From a virus (taxonomy: Duplodnaviria; Caudoviricetes), in the IMG/VR virus record IMGVR_UViG_2894787282_000001, positions 1 through 64,000 of that record: 64,000 bases of DNA; one strand, given 5' to 3'. Each line of letters starts with the position of its first letter. The first letter of the stretch is position 1. This document shows positions 43,160 through 53,914 of the stretch, piece after piece. A program made the translations under genes and the position numbers. The notes under the pieces were generated by a model. It saw only the letters and a list, made by a program, of their open reading frames with translations. It was not told the origin of the DNA and made no database searches.

Positions 43160-45646
43160 ATGAACTCGACTGCTATACATTTTCTAGCGGCGGAAATGAC
43201 TCTCGGTAAGTCATTCTGGCTAGACAGTCAAGGCGAACTCTGCAAATCAAACTACCCAAATGTCCGTGATTTCACATCGACCACAGTGCACTGCAGCTCG
43301 CTCAAAGAGTTTCATGCGGCGCTCATCAAACACGCAGCTGAAGGCATGTGCCTGCTCAAAGGCAAGCTGCACAAAAAGCTCGACCGTGAATCACGCGCAG
43401 GCAGCACCAAGTCCGATGACCCAACCAACTGGTTATGTCTGGACCTCGATGGTGCGCCTTATGACACGCCTCAGCAGTTCATGGCAGCAATCCCTGAGTT
43501 CAAAGATGTCTCGCACATCGTTCAATACTCAGCGTCCTATGGCATCAACGGCAACAAAAAACTGAGTTGCCACATCTTTATGCTCCTGGACCAAGCCCTC
43601 CCCGCCGCCAACATCAAGACCTGGCTGATGGACAAAAACCTCAGCGACGGTCTGCGCAAGGGCATCACACTCAGCCGCATAGGTGCAACGCTACACTGGC
43701 CACTCGACGTGACGGCGTGCCAGAACGACAAGCTGCTGTATATCGCACCGCCAACTCTTGGGAAAGGTGTCACTTCAACTCTAAAGGCATCTGAACGAAT
43801 CCAATACGTTCCAGGCAGACTCCAAGTCCTATCTGTCAAACACCTCCAACCCAAACGCACACTCGAACAAGTCAAAGAAGAATCCAAGAAACTGCGTGAC
43901 GACCTGCGTAAAGCGGCGAACTTGCCAGCTCTGCGCTCAGGAACCAAATGGGTCGGTGAACTGGAGATTCAAAGCAAACCAGGTGTAGCCAGTATTACCG
44001 GCAGAAAGGAAGAACGTGGGTTTGTATATTTCAACCTTAATGGCGGCGACAGCTGGTCTTATTACCACCCTGTTGGTAACCCTGAGTTCATCCGATGCTT
44101 CAAAGATCCTGACCTCAGCTACCTCACCCGTGAGCTTCTGCCTGACTATTACAAAGACCAGCGAATCACGCAGCGCATACAACAGTCCCAACCCACCGAA
44201 GGTGGTGAACTGGTGCTGGCCTTCAGGGACAAGCGAACAGCTCAATACTGGAACGGAACCTGGCAAGAAGAAACCCAGACCCTTGACCTTCATCCAGCCA
44301 AGTCCGAGCTGCAGCTCAACCACTGGATGCAAGGCCACCAGCTCCCACCCTTTGACGTGATCCCTGTATGGGACATGCTGTTCAACCCACAATCCACCGT
44401 CATCATTGACGAAGCTGCACACACTATCAACACGTATGTGCCGACCAAGTATTTCAGGCAAGAGCACAACCCCAAAGCCGCCCTGAACGACTGCCCACTG
44501 ATCAAGCGCATCATGCTGCATGCCATCAGCGGCGGACAAGAAGACGAGACCTTCGAGCACTGGCTCAACTGGCTGGCCGTCATCTTCCAGCAAAAAGTCA
44601 AACCCAAGACAGCCTGGATACTCCATGGCGAAGAAGGAACAGGCAAGGGCGTCATCGTCAGCCGCGTACTCACGCCGCTACTGGGTGCCCAGTACGTCCA
44701 GCAAAAGCGCGCCAGCGAGCTGGAAGAGAAGTTCACTGGGTGGCTGGAGAAAGCCCTCATCGCATTCATCGACGAGATTGAGGTCTCAGCCTCACAGCGC
44801 AAAGACACCATCAGCGGCGACCTGCGCTCCTTCATCACAGAGGACGTGGTCACTATCCGACACATGAACCGCGCAGCGGTGCAAACCACGAACTACACCG
44901 GTTTCATCTTCAGCTCCAACAAGACGACACCCGTCGTCATCAGCTCTGGGGACCGCCGCTACAACGTAGGCTTCTTCCAGAAACAACGTCTCCAAGTTAC
45001 TCAAAACGAACTCGACCACACACTGCCCAAAGAACTGCCCGCCTTCATGAGCTACATCATGACGCGCGAGGCCGACGTACAGACAGCAGGCCAAGCACTC
45101 AAAAACCAAGCGCACAAAGACCTGGTCGAAGGCAACAAGACCAGCGCAGACATCACCGCAGGCCAGCTAGCCAACGGCGACATCATGGCCCTGTGGGAGA
45201 TGCGTATGGACCTGAACCTGGCCCTGCAGATCACTGGTGGCAATGCAGGCTTCGCACACATGTACCACGACATCATCAAGCGTGAGGTAGAGCTGCTGGC
45301 CACAAGCCCCAACGCAGACACCTACAAAGGCCGCGTGTCCAAATCTGCCAAGCAAGACATCGTCGTGACTGCCGAGTCAAGACTCAGCCGCGACGAGCTG
45401 CTGGTTGTATTCGAGCACTGCGTGGGCAACATGCCCAAGACACCAAACAAATTCACCTCGCTGCTCAAGCACAGAGGCATCAAGACCGAACAGCTTCGTG
45501 TCAACGGTGCCAAGACCTTCGGCCTCAAAGTCGAATGGAAAGCACCTCGCTCCTGGCTCGACGAGGTCATGCAGGAAATCGAAGAAGCCAAGCCCCGCAC
45601 CAGCCGGGCCAAGATCATCAAGCTCTCAGAACGGAGGACAGCATGA
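43160..45646 (+). CDS. Primase-helicase (AEP-type primase plus SF3/D5-like NTPase)
   Basis: 'CLDLD' and 'SAS..CH' primase motifs; 'GEEGTGKG', 'FIDE', 'FSSN', 'DRRY'. Confidence 0.85.
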   Translation: MNSTAIHFLAAEMTLGKSFWLDSQGELCKSNYPNVRDFTSTTVHCSSLKEFHAALIKHAAEGMCLLKGKLHKKLDRESRAGSTKSDDPTNWLCLDLDGAPYDTPQQFMAAIPEFKDVSHIVQYSASYGINGNKKLSCHIFMLLDQALPAANIKTWLMDKNLSDGLRKGITLSRIGATLHWPLDVTACQNDKLLYIAPPTLGKGVTSTLKASERIQYVPGRLQVLSVKHLQPKRTLEQVKEESKKLRDDLRKAANLPALRSGTKWVGELEIQSKPGVASITGRKEERGFVYFNLNGGDSWSYYHPVGNPEFIRCFKDPDLSYLTRELLPDYYKDQRITQRIQQSQPTEGGELVLAFRDKRTAQYWNGTWQEETQTLDLHPAKSELQLNHWMQGHQLPPFDVIPVWDMLFNPQSTVIIDEAAHTINTYVPTKYFRQEHNPKAALNDCPLIKRIMLHAISGGQEDETFEHWLNWLAVIFQQKVKPKTAWILHGEEGTGKGVIVSRVLTPLLGAQYVQQKRASELEEKFTGWLEKALIAFIDEIEVSASQRKDTISGDLRSFITEDVVTIRHMNRAAVQTTNYTGFIFSSNKTTPVVISSGDRRYNVGFFQKQRLQVTQNELDHTLPKELPAFMSYIMTREADVQTAGQALKNQAHKDLVEGNKTSADITAGQLANGDIMALWEMRMDLNLALQITGGNAGFAHMYHDIIKREVELLATSPNADTYKGRVSKSAKQDIVVTAESRLSRDELLVVFEHCVGNMPKTPNKFTSLLKHRGIKTEQLRVNGAKTFGLKVEWKAPRSWLDEVMQEIEEAKPRTSRAKIIKLSERRTA

Positions 45647-45945
45647 AGTGCGTCGCGGGCGATCTCGCCGTCATCCTTAATGACCCCTATCCAGAAAACA
45701 TAGGGGCCTTTGTAAAGGTTACTCAGCGCGTCACAGACACCGATGCGTGGTATGGATACAGCGGAGAAGAATGGGAGTGCAAACCGCTGCAACCAATTCG
45801 CGGCTGGGTAAGTGACGACAAAACACAAAGCACAGTCGGATTAGAAGCCTGCGCTCTTTTCGACGCTGACCTCAAACCCATTCGCGGCAAGAAAGCCGCC
45901 GACAAGCAACTCACCATCAACCCGCCAGAAGAGGCTCTCGCATGA
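45643..45945 (+). CDS. Hypothetical phage protein
   Basis: 'MKCVAGDLAVI..ENIG..V.V..D..LKPIR'; GGAGG SD. Confidence 0.7.
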   Translation: MKCVAGDLAVILNDPYPENIGAFVKVTQRVTDTDAWYGYSGEEWECKPLQPIRGWVSDDKTQSTVGLEACALFDADLKPIRGKKAADKQLTINPPEEALA

Positions 45946-46139
45946 AGCACTCACAAATCCAACTCGCCATCGCAGCTGCCAAGCGCTTCATCAAAGCAGC
46001 TGAACAAGTCGAGCGTGCCACTTTCAGTGGAACCAGCTCACCGGCTGGCGACTACATCAACACAGGCAAAACCAGCGGAGCTGCGCGCCGAGCTTCTCTG
46101 GATCTCACTCGTCAACTCGCAGAAATGAGGAAACCATGA
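45942..46139 (+). CDS. Hypothetical protein
   Basis: 65 aa 'GAARRASLDLTR.LA.MRK', ATGA-coupled. Confidence 0.7.
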   Translation: MKHSQIQLAIAAAKRFIKAAEQVERATFSGTSSPAGDYINTGKTSGAARRASLDLTRQLAEMRKP

Positions 46140-46534
46140 GCAACACACCCGTCGAAATCAACCAGCTTCAACTCGCAGTCCTTCGTGCCTTAGGCGCCAC
46201 CTTCGAGGGCAACGTCATCCGTTGCTCAGGACGCAAAGGCATCGTCTACCTGCGTACAAGCAAAGGCACAGCGCCCATCGCTCACAACAAACTGACTGGC
46301 AAGCCCATCGTCTCAGGTTGTGAACACGAAGGTGCTGACAGCGTCGCTAACTTCATCTCAGAAGTAGCACTTGCGAACCTCATGACTGTGCTGTTCGGCG
46401 GCAAAGAATACGTGCTGCCCAAGCCCGAAGACTTCTTCTACGTGTTCGTCGAAGACCTCGACAACGACAACGAACCTGAGATCACAGACACCTCGGACGC
46501 AGCCACTGTGCTCGCAGCTATTCAACAACTCTGA
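46136..46534 (+). CDS. Hypothetical protein
   Basis: 132 aa, ATGA-coupled. Confidence 0.65.
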   Translation: MSNTPVEINQLQLAVLRALGATFEGNVIRCSGRKGIVYLRTSKGTAPIAHNKLTGKPIVSGCEHEGADSVANFISEVALANLMTVLFGGKEYVLPKPEDFFYVFVEDLDNDNEPEITDTSDAATVLAAIQQL

Positions 46535-46582
46535 AAGAAACCTCACCATGCTCAACACAAACCGCCTCGCCGCCTCGCCGCC

Positions 46583-46855
46583 ATGGCAGCAGCCATGCCG
46601 GCCTCAGCAGGATCGGTCGGTAATACTCAAGTCGTAGTTGTGTCTGGAAACACACCTACTGCCGCTGAACTGCAAAAACAGCTGCCTGTCGAACGGACGC
46701 CACGCCAGAAAAAACTCGCATCCTTGGGCTTCGACATCTCTTACGCCACCCGGCCACGACGTCGCGCGGGCTATGGCTGGACGAACGCACATGCCAATCG
46801 TGTCGCACGGAAGGCACGCAATGTCAAACGGCACCGTGCCGCAGCGAAAGGCTGA
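46583..46855 (+). CDS. Hypothetical basic protein
   Basis: C-terminal 'RVARKARNVKRHR'; start uncertain. Confidence 0.5.
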   Translation: MAAAMPASAGSVGNTQVVVVSGNTPTAAELQKQLPVERTPRQKKLASLGFDISYATRPRRRAGYGWTNAHANRVARKARNVKRHRAAAKG

Positions 46856-47014
46856 CCATGATCCATCGTCCTGAACAGCTCGACTATGGCTAGCGGCCCA
46901 TAGCCCAAAACACAAACCAACAGAGTAACCGGACGGTAGCTTGGAGGGACTTGCTACCGTCCACAAATTCGATAGCGTTGCGTGCAACATTATCAAATTC
47001 GTAAAGAAGGATGT

Positions 47015-47296
47015 ATGGAACTCCCAGTTAACTACAACGACACACCGTTCTCTGAGCGACGTGCTGTCCGTGAAGAGTACGCCCGCATTCAAGAAGGCAA
47101 ATGCTCACACTGCGGCGCACAGCTTGATGGCGCGCCCACCGCCGAGATCCTAAGCAAACGGATCAACACACGCTTGTTCCCCGAAAACTTCTTCAAGTGG
47201 CCTGTTCACCTGCACCACGATCACGACACAGGCATGACCATCGGTGCCGTTCACAGCACATGCAACGCCGTCCTTTGGCAATACCACGGAGAGTAA
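47015..47296 (+). CDS. Small endonuclease VII-like protein
   Basis: 'Q.GKCSHC..HLHHDHDTG..GAVH..CN'. Confidence 0.7.
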   Translation: MELPVNYNDTPFSERRAVREEYARIQEGKCSHCGAQLDGAPTAEILSKRINTRLFPENFFKWPVHLHHDHDTGMTIGAVHSTCNAVLWQYHGE

Positions 47297-47298
47297 GT

Positions 47299-47490
47299 AT
47301 GCAAGTCAATCAACGCGGCGAACCAGTCGTCGAAGAGCACCTGTTTAGGTACGGTATCCGCTCAGCTACAGACGACGAGCGGGACACAGCCATCGTGCTC
47401 ATCCTTGAGCACCTTGGCCTCGTGATTGTTAAAACGAATGCAACGAAACACGGGACTACCGAGTTGGAGTTGCGAAAGGAAGCACCATGA
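47299..47490 (+). CDS. Hypothetical protein
   Basis: 63 aa, GGAG SD. Confidence 0.55.
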   Translation: MQVNQRGEPVVEEHLFRYGIRSATDDERDTAIVLILEHLGLVIVKTNATKHGTTELELRKEAP

Positions 47491-47984
47491 AGATCAAAGT
47501 AAGCGAAACCACGCCCATCCAGCTCGACTGGCTGGTGGCGAAGTGCTTGGGTGGCGTCGTTAAACCTAGCCGCTGTTTCGACTGCAAGCATTATGAAGAA
47601 AGACAAGGGCGAGACGAGGCTATTCAATACTGTCATCACCCTAAGATGGATTTTGAAGACGGCTCGGGTGCAATCCATAGCTGGCCCTCTGACCATGAAA
47701 CGCACAGTCAATGCCCAATCAGTGACCTAACTCCAGAACCGTTCTCCACCGACCCAGCACAAGGTCAGCCGATCTTGGAGCGGGAGGGCGTCCATACTGG
47801 CCCACTGACTTACGGAAATGCGTGTCGGGTCATAGGAAAGTGGCGGGGAATTATTGGCTATGCACCTGATGGCGGTGAGCATTTGTTTGAGCAGTTTGGC
47901 CCAACCATGCTGATCGCCGGTCTGCGCTGCTTCGTGGCGTCCAAGCTGGGTGACGAAGTCGAAGTACCGGATGACCGCACCTGA
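47487..47984 (+). CDS. NinX/DUF2591-like protein with a Cys/His-rich insert
   Basis: 'LDWLVAK..PFSTD.AQGQPILERE..GPT.LIA..RCFVASKLGDEVEVP'. Confidence 0.75.
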   Translation: MKIKVSETTPIQLDWLVAKCLGGVVKPSRCFDCKHYEERQGRDEAIQYCHHPKMDFEDGSGAIHSWPSDHETHSQCPISDLTPEPFSTDPAQGQPILEREGVHTGPLTYGNACRVIGKWRGIIGYAPDGGEHLFEQFGPTMLIAGLRCFVASKLGDEVEVPDDRT

Positions 47985-48035
47985 TCAAACCTTTCACTGA
48001 CCCGCAACTCTAACCACCTCTAACTAAGGACCACC

Positions 48036-50024
48036 ATGTCGACATTCAAACCCTTCGCCAAAGTCATTCACGACCGTCTGGTCGAGCTGTCCAAACACGA
48101 GCTGTACACCACGTCGATCACCGGCGACGAGCTGTGGGCCGCGTACCTCGCCGCCTTCCCTGAAGGCACCAACCCGATTTACAAAACCCGCACTGAGCAC
48201 GACTGCAGCTGCTGCAAGAACTTCGTGCGCAACTTCGGGCCGCTGGTGGCGATCATCAATGGCCAGACGCACTCAATCTGGCGCGCCGAGGGTCTGGAGC
48301 ACCCCTTCAACGTCGTGGCCTCCCAGCTTGACAGCCTTGTGGGCAGCGCCACCATCAAAGGCGTGTTCCGCACCTCGGAGAGCCAGTACGGCGCCGAGAC
48401 GACCCGCAGTCTCGAGGATGGCAACACCAAGACATGGAACCACTTCCACGGGCGGGTGGCAGAACGCCACCAGAACCACATGCCCGACAAGGCTCGTGGT
48501 GACATCAACACCACCGCCCAAGTGTTCCTGCGCGGCCTCGAAGAGCTAACGAGGGATGCGATCGGTCAAGTGGTTCAGCTGATCGAAGGCAACGCGCTGT
48601 ACCGCGGTGAAGAACATCTGGCCGCTGTCAAGGCTTTCCAGAAGCTGCACAACCAATACTGGCTCGTGGACTCGAAGGGGCAAGACCTGTTCATCTGGCA
48701 GCACGCCACCAACCCCGCCGTGCGTTTCCGCAACACCGTGATCGGCACGCTGGTGGACGACCTGTCCAAGGGCGTCGATCTGGAAGCCGCGGTGCGCTCG
48801 TTCGAGGCCAAGGTAGCACCCGCCAACTACAAACGCACATCGGCCCTGATCACGCCGCGCATGGTGGCTGACGCCATGAAGACCATCAATGACCTGGGCC
48901 TGGAATCCGCACTGGAACGCCGCCACGCCACGCTGTCTGATGTCAGCGTCAACAACGTGCTGTGGGTGGACAACGACGCCAAGGCCAAGATGAAAGGCGG
49001 TGTTGAGTCCTTGTTGCTGGCCGCCGCCGTGGCGCCGGAGCCCAAGGGCAAGCCCGAAGACATCAGCATCGACGACTTCATGGCCAAAGTAATTCCAACC
49101 GCTGTGTCCATGTCGGTGATGGTGAAGAACAGCCAGCAGGCCAACTTCATGAGCCTGACTGCTCCGGTGCATGCCGACGTCGCCCCACTGTTCAAGTGGG
49201 ACAACAACTTTGCCTGGAGCTACGACGGCAACGTCACCGACTCCATCAAGGAGCGCGTCAAACGTGCCGGTGGCAACATCACCACCGCCAAGCTGCGCGT
49301 CAGCCTGGCCTGGTTCAACTACGACGACCTGGATATTCACGTCATTGAACCCAGTGGCAACCACATCGACTTCCGCAACAAGTGCGGCAAGCTGGATGTG
49401 GACATGAATGCTGGTGGTGGCCAGACCCGTGAGCCCGTGGAGAACGTGAGCTGGACATCCGCCAATCTGCGTGACGGTGTGTACATGGTGATCATTGATC
49501 AGTGGTCGCGCCGCGAAACCAAGGACGTCGGCTTTGAACTGGAAGTCGAAAGTAACGGACAAATCCACCGCTTCGCCTATAAGAAAGCGCTGATGGACGA
49601 GTGTGATGCCTTGGTGCTCACTGTCAAGAACGGCGCTGTCGTGGACATCAAGCTGCACGCCGACCTCACAGGTGGCGGCTTCTCGCAAGAAAAGTGGGGT
49701 ATCAAAACCGAAGCTTGGACCAAGGTCAACACCCTGATGTACAGCCCCAACTACTGGGATGACAACCACACCGGCAACCGCCATGTGTTCTTCATCCTGG
49801 ATGGCTGTGTCAGCGATGCCGCCACCCGTGGCATCTACAACGAGTTCCTGAAACCCGAGCTGGAAAAGCACCGCAAGGTGTTTGAAGTCCTGGGCAACCG
49901 GACGCAATGCACGCCGTCGACTGAGCAGCTCAGCGGCGTAGGATTTTCCTCAACCAACAAGGACACGGTCGTGGTGCGCGTCACCACTGCCAAGTCCAAC
50001 CGTGTCTACAACGTCAACTTCTGA
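48036..50024 (+). CDS. Conserved phage hypothetical protein (C-terminal YfaP/DUF2135-like motif)
   Basis: 662 aa; 'HDCSCC' and 'SLAW..DDLDIHV.EP..LDVD..PVENV'. Confidence 0.7.
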   Translation: MSTFKPFAKVIHDRLVELSKHELYTTSITGDELWAAYLAAFPEGTNPIYKTRTEHDCSCCKNFVRNFGPLVAIINGQTHSIWRAEGLEHPFNVVASQLDSLVGSATIKGVFRTSESQYGAETTRSLEDGNTKTWNHFHGRVAERHQNHMPDKARGDINTTAQVFLRGLEELTRDAIGQVVQLIEGNALYRGEEHLAAVKAFQKLHNQYWLVDSKGQDLFIWQHATNPAVRFRNTVIGTLVDDLSKGVDLEAAVRSFEAKVAPANYKRTSALITPRMVADAMKTINDLGLESALERRHATLSDVSVNNVLWVDNDAKAKMKGGVESLLLAAAVAPEPKGKPEDISIDDFMAKVIPTAVSMSVMVKNSQQANFMSLTAPVHADVAPLFKWDNNFAWSYDGNVTDSIKERVKRAGGNITTAKLRVSLAWFNYDDLDIHVIEPSGNHIDFRNKCGKLDVDMNAGGGQTREPVENVSWTSANLRDGVYMVIIDQWSRRETKDVGFELEVESNGQIHRFAYKKALMDECDALVLTVKNGAVVDIKLHADLTGGGFSQEKWGIKTEAWTKVNTLMYSPNYWDDNHTGNRHVFFILDGCVSDAATRGIYNEFLKPELEKHRKVFEVLGNRTQCTPSTEQLSGVGFSSTNKDTVVVRVTTAKSNRVYNVNF

Positions 50025-50033
50025 AAGCCAACC

Positions 50034-50435
50034 ATGAACATCTTTGAACAAGCCTCCATCAACAAACTGCGCTTCTCCACCAACAAGGGCGACCTGACCA
50101 CCGAACAACTGTGGGACTTGCCGCTGACCTCCAAGACAAGCTTCGACCTGGACACCATCGCCAAGTCAGTCAATGATGAGCTGCGTGGTGCAACGGAAGA
50201 AAGTTTCGTAGCGACCAGCACCAACCCGGCTAAGCCCAGCCTGGAACTGAAACTCGAAATCCTCAAGCACATCATCGCTATCAAACTGGCCCAGAACGAC
50301 GCTCGCCGTCTCGCCGCACAACGTGCCGAAGAACGTCGCAAGCTGCTCGACATCCTGAGTAAGAAGGAAGACGCAGCGCTGGAAAGCCTAAAGCCTGAAG
50401 AACTACGCGCTCGCCTGGCAGCGCTCGACTCGTGA
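50034..50435 (+). CDS. Conserved phage hypothetical protein
   Basis: 'FE.A..KLRF..G.L..EQLWDLPL' plus coiled coil. Confidence 0.75.
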   Translation: MNIFEQASINKLRFSTNKGDLTTEQLWDLPLTSKTSFDLDTIAKSVNDELRGATEESFVATSTNPAKPSLELKLEILKHIIAIKLAQNDARRLAAQRAEERRKLLDILSKKEDAALESLKPEELRARLAALDS

Positions 50436-50578
50436 ACTCTAACGACCTCGAACAACGTGCGCAGCAACTCTACCCTGCGCAGCCAAGCTACCGCGCAGCC
50501 TGGCTGCGCATGGTTCAGCTGCTTGGCAACAAGTGGCTTCTCGCTGCGAACGCAGTACCTCGTCCTAAAGGAAATTAA
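50432..50578 (+). CDS. Small hypothetical protein (48 aa)
   Basis: GTGA overlap; fills the gap between genes. Confidence 0.45.
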   Translation: MNSNDLEQRAQQLYPAQPSYRAAWLRMVQLLGNKWLLAANAVPRPKGN

Positions 50579-50580
50579 CC

Positions 50581-50932
50581 GTGAACATCAACGACCTTAC
50601 CCTGGGCCAAGCCAAAGAACTCGCAGCTCTGTTCGGCGCAACAACGGCAACAGTTAAACCCACCCACCCGTTCGTCGGCAAATATGTCATCGCACGTTGC
50701 TACACAGCTGGCGTGCATGCTGGCGAAGTTATCAGCGCCGAGGGCGAAAACGTCATCCTGAAAAACTCGCGCCGCCTCTGGAGCTGGAAAGCCAAAGACG
50801 GCATAGCTCTGTCCGGTGTTGCTCAGAACGGCGTGCAAAGCGGTTGCAAGATCGACGTGCTCAATCCTGAGATTTATCTCACAGGTATTTGCGAACTCAT
50901 CCCTTGCAGCGCAACAGCTAAGGAGTCCATCA

Positions 50933-50949
<17 letters not shown>
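50581..50949 (+). CDS. DUF6948-like protein
   Basis: 'GKYVIAR.Y.AGVH.G..V.LKNSRRLW.W..LS.VA..G..E.IPC'. Confidence 0.75.
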
Positions 50950-51250
<301 letters not shown>

Positions 51251-51387
51251 AGTAGGCGCATTGGCATTGTCACGATGTAACGGGCAGATAGCCCCAACCT
51301 ATCCCACCAGCCCCCACAGTAGCGAAATTCAACGCCACTTCGCTCACTACTCTCATACACTCTAACGCCATCTTACGAAAGCGAACC

Positions 51388-52107
51388 ATGCCCTGGTCAT
51401 ACTCCAAGCTACTCGACTTCGAGCAATGCAAGCTGCGCTACAAATATAAACACATCGACCGTGTGCCCGAAGAAAAGAGTCCCGCAGCAGACCGTGGCAC
51501 AGCCATCCATACCTTGGCTGAGAAGTTCGTCGACGGTCGCTTGAAGAGCTTGCCCACCGAGCTGATGAAGTTCCAGAACGACTTCTGCGCTCTTCGCGAA
51601 CGGTACTCTAACGGACTCGTATCGAACGAGGGCGAATGGGGATTCGATCAGAACTGGCAACCCGCCGCCTACAAAACAGCGTGGCTTCGCATGAAGGCCG
51701 ACTCAGTGGCGTTCAACGAAAACCGCACTGAGGCCATTGTCATCGACTTCAAGACCGGCAAGAAGTGGGGCAACGAACTCAAGCATGGTGAACAAACACA
51801 GCTCTACTCGCTGGCCACAGCCATCCGCAACCCGACTGTCAAGAAGGTCACCGCAGAACTCTGGTATCTGGACAAAGACGAGCTGACCCCAGTCACGTAC
51901 ACCCGTGAGCAGGCCATCAACTTTGTCAAGAGCTTCGACAAACGCGCCAAGCGTATCGACCACGCACACAGCACCGGGATCTTCGAGCCTTCGCCCAACA
52001 TGGTGAGCTGTCAGTGGTGCCCCTACGGCCCGCAGAAGGGCAACCAGTGCCAACACGCCTACACCACCTCCATGACCATTGCTGACTACCGGAGAAAGTA
52101 CGCATGA
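51388..52107 (+). CDS. PD-(D/E)XK (RecB/Cas4-like) nuclease
   Basis: 'SYS....F.QC', 'GT.IH', 'D..DFKTGK', 'QLY', 'CQWCPY..C'. Confidence 0.88.
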   Translation: MPWSYSKLLDFEQCKLRYKYKHIDRVPEEKSPAADRGTAIHTLAEKFVDGRLKSLPTELMKFQNDFCALRERYSNGLVSNEGEWGFDQNWQPAAYKTAWLRMKADSVAFNENRTEAIVIDFKTGKKWGNELKHGEQTQLYSLATAIRNPTVKKVTAELWYLDKDELTPVTYTREQAINFVKSFDKRAKRIDHAHSTGIFEPSPNMVSCQWCPYGPQKGNQCQHAYTTSMTIADYRRKYA

Positions 52108-52265
52108 ACCTCGAAGACGTCAAACAACAGGCCATCTACGAGCTTCATCAGGAACATGCACGCCAGCAAATTGAAGCCCTCAAAGCACAGCTTCGCACGC
52201 GCAAAACCATTTGGCAGCGCCTCGCCGATCTCCTTCCCTTCACCCTAACCTGGAAAAAACCATGA
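52104..52265 (+). CDS. Small hypothetical protein (53 aa)
   Basis: ATGA overlaps at both ends. Confidence 0.55.
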   Translation: MNLEDVKQQAIYELHQEHARQQIEALKAQLRTRKTIWQRLADLLPFTLTWKKP

Positions 52266-52459
52266 ACATCAAAGCCATCACCGCAACTCCTTCTGTCCGT
52301 GAACAAGCCGAGGCAGAAGTGCGCCAAGAGCAAGCCGCCAAAGCCAAAGAAAAGATGAAAGCCAAACTGCGTGACTTGGCTGCGGCACAAGCCGTGGTCA
52401 AGGGCATCGAAATCCAGATCGCTGACTTGGAACGGCAGATCGAAGATGGCACTCTTTGA
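52262..52459 (+). CDS. Small coiled-coil protein
   Basis: 65 aa. Confidence 0.65.
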   Translation: MNIKAITATPSVREQAEAEVRQEQAAKAKEKMKAKLRDLAAAQAVVKGIEIQIADLERQIEDGTL

Positions 52460-53018
52460 GCCACGCATTCTGAGTCGACCCTACAAAGTTCACTTTGCAG
52501 GATTCGAGTCCAGTACCTACAGGCTTCAACAAGCCGGGTGGCAAATTGCCGTTGAACAAGATTTTTACGGTGAGCGGATTAACCTCGCGTTACACCACCC
52601 AGTCTTGAAGCTCTCGATGCTGGCAAAACTACAAGATTTCTACTTCGCAGGGCAACCCAATCAATGGGTCGACCCACAGTCCGTGGGTCGACCACTTGAG
52701 TTCCACATCACACACTGCTCTTCAAACCTGGGCGTTCAAGTGCTAGCAAACTCATTCGACTTTAAGCCAATTGACGCTCGTCCACAGTTCGTCAACACGG
52801 AGTACAAAAACATTGAGGACTACGGCATCTTTGCAACGCCCTTGGTCCGCACAGAAGAAATTCTGATCGAACCCAGCTCGGTGGCTGAGTGCCTTGACCT
52901 GATCCGTAGGCTTCAGGCTCCAGACCTGGCTGACATCCGCCAGCGCAACCGCGCCGCCAACGACGCACCCATCGCCCGACAAACTTTCCACGCTCAGATT
53001 CTGAGCCTCGCAGCATGA
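52446..53018 (+). CDS. Hypothetical protein
   Basis: 190 aa 'V.FAGFES.TY.LQQAGW'. Confidence 0.65.
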   Translation: MALFEPRILSRPYKVHFAGFESSTYRLQQAGWQIAVEQDFYGERINLALHHPVLKLSMLAKLQDFYFAGQPNQWVDPQSVGRPLEFHITHCSSNLGVQVLANSFDFKPIDARPQFVNTEYKNIEDYGIFATPLVRTEEILIEPSSVAECLDLIRRLQAPDLADIRQRNRAANDAPIARQTFHAQILSLAA

Positions 53019-53914
53019 CTACCAAACCCATCATTTTTTACCACGCCAACTGCGCCGACGGGTTCGGTGCTGCATACGCCGCCTGGAAACGCTTCGGCGA
53101 CGATGCGGAGTACGTCGCTGTTAAATACGGTGACATCAAAACGACCGACGACATTGACCTGCTCGGCCAGATCGAAGGGCGCAACGTCTACATCCTGGAC
53201 TTCAGCTTTCCGCACGACGTGATGGTTCACATCATGGCCGTTGCCAAGCACACCACCTGGCTGGATCACCACAAGACCTCCTTCGAGATGTGGGTGCCCG
53301 AAGAGCCGTTCACACCAACATCGTGCTATGTCCAGCAGGACGATGTGATGATCATCCTCCTGAACAACACACGCTCCGGCGCCTTGATTGCATGGAGCTA
53401 CTTCGTCGGGACAAACCCGCCGCTGGCAATCAGATTCATCGACGACTATGACCGCTGGCAATTCGCATTGCCCGACACCAAGCCATTCAACAAAGCGCTC
53501 TGGTCTTACGCACCCTGGAACTTCAAACAATGGGATGAGATCGTCAACGCAGACCCGGACAAATGCGACGCTTTCTTGGCTACCGGCGACGCCCTGCTCC
53601 GCGATCACTCGGCCCGAATCTCTAAGCACGTCGAACGCTCTCGCATGTGCTCCATCGCAGGCAAGCCGGGCCTGGCCATCAACGCACCAGGCTACGTCAG
53701 CAGCGACGCAGGTCATGATCTGGCCATCCAGAGCGGCACGTACGGCATGACCTACACCATCGACGAGCACCTCGTGGTTAAGGCCAGCTTGCGCAGCAAC
53801 GGCGACTACGACGTCAGCGCCCTGGCCAAGACCCTAGGTGGCGGCGGACATCGCAACGCCGCAGGCTTCGAGTGCACCGTACACCAACTGATGAACATCC
53901 TCACACCAGCATGA
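53015..53914 (+). CDS. DHH/DHHA1 phosphoesterase
   Basis: 'YHANCADG', 'LDFS', 'LDHH', 'SLRS', 'GGGGH.NAAG'. Confidence 0.9.
   Translation: MTTKPIIFYHANCADGFGAAYAAWKRFGDDAEYVAVKYGDIKTTDDIDLLGQIEGRNVYILDFSFPHDVMVHIMAVAKHTTWLDHHKTSFEMWVPEEPFTPTSCYVQQDDVMIILLNNTRSGALIAWSYFVGTNPPLAIRFIDDYDRWQFALPDTKPFNKALWSYAPWNFKQWDEIVNADPDKCDAFLATGDALLRDHSARISKHVERSRMCSIAGKPGLAINAPGYVSSDAGHDLAIQSGTYGMTYTIDEHLVVKASLRSNGDYDVSALAKTLGGGGHRNAAGFECTVHQLMNILTPA

Noticed and set aside
51388-52107. Cas4 indicating a CRISPR system
   Set aside because: A stand-alone RecB/Cas4-like nuclease is common in phage replication modules; no array or other cas genes are present.
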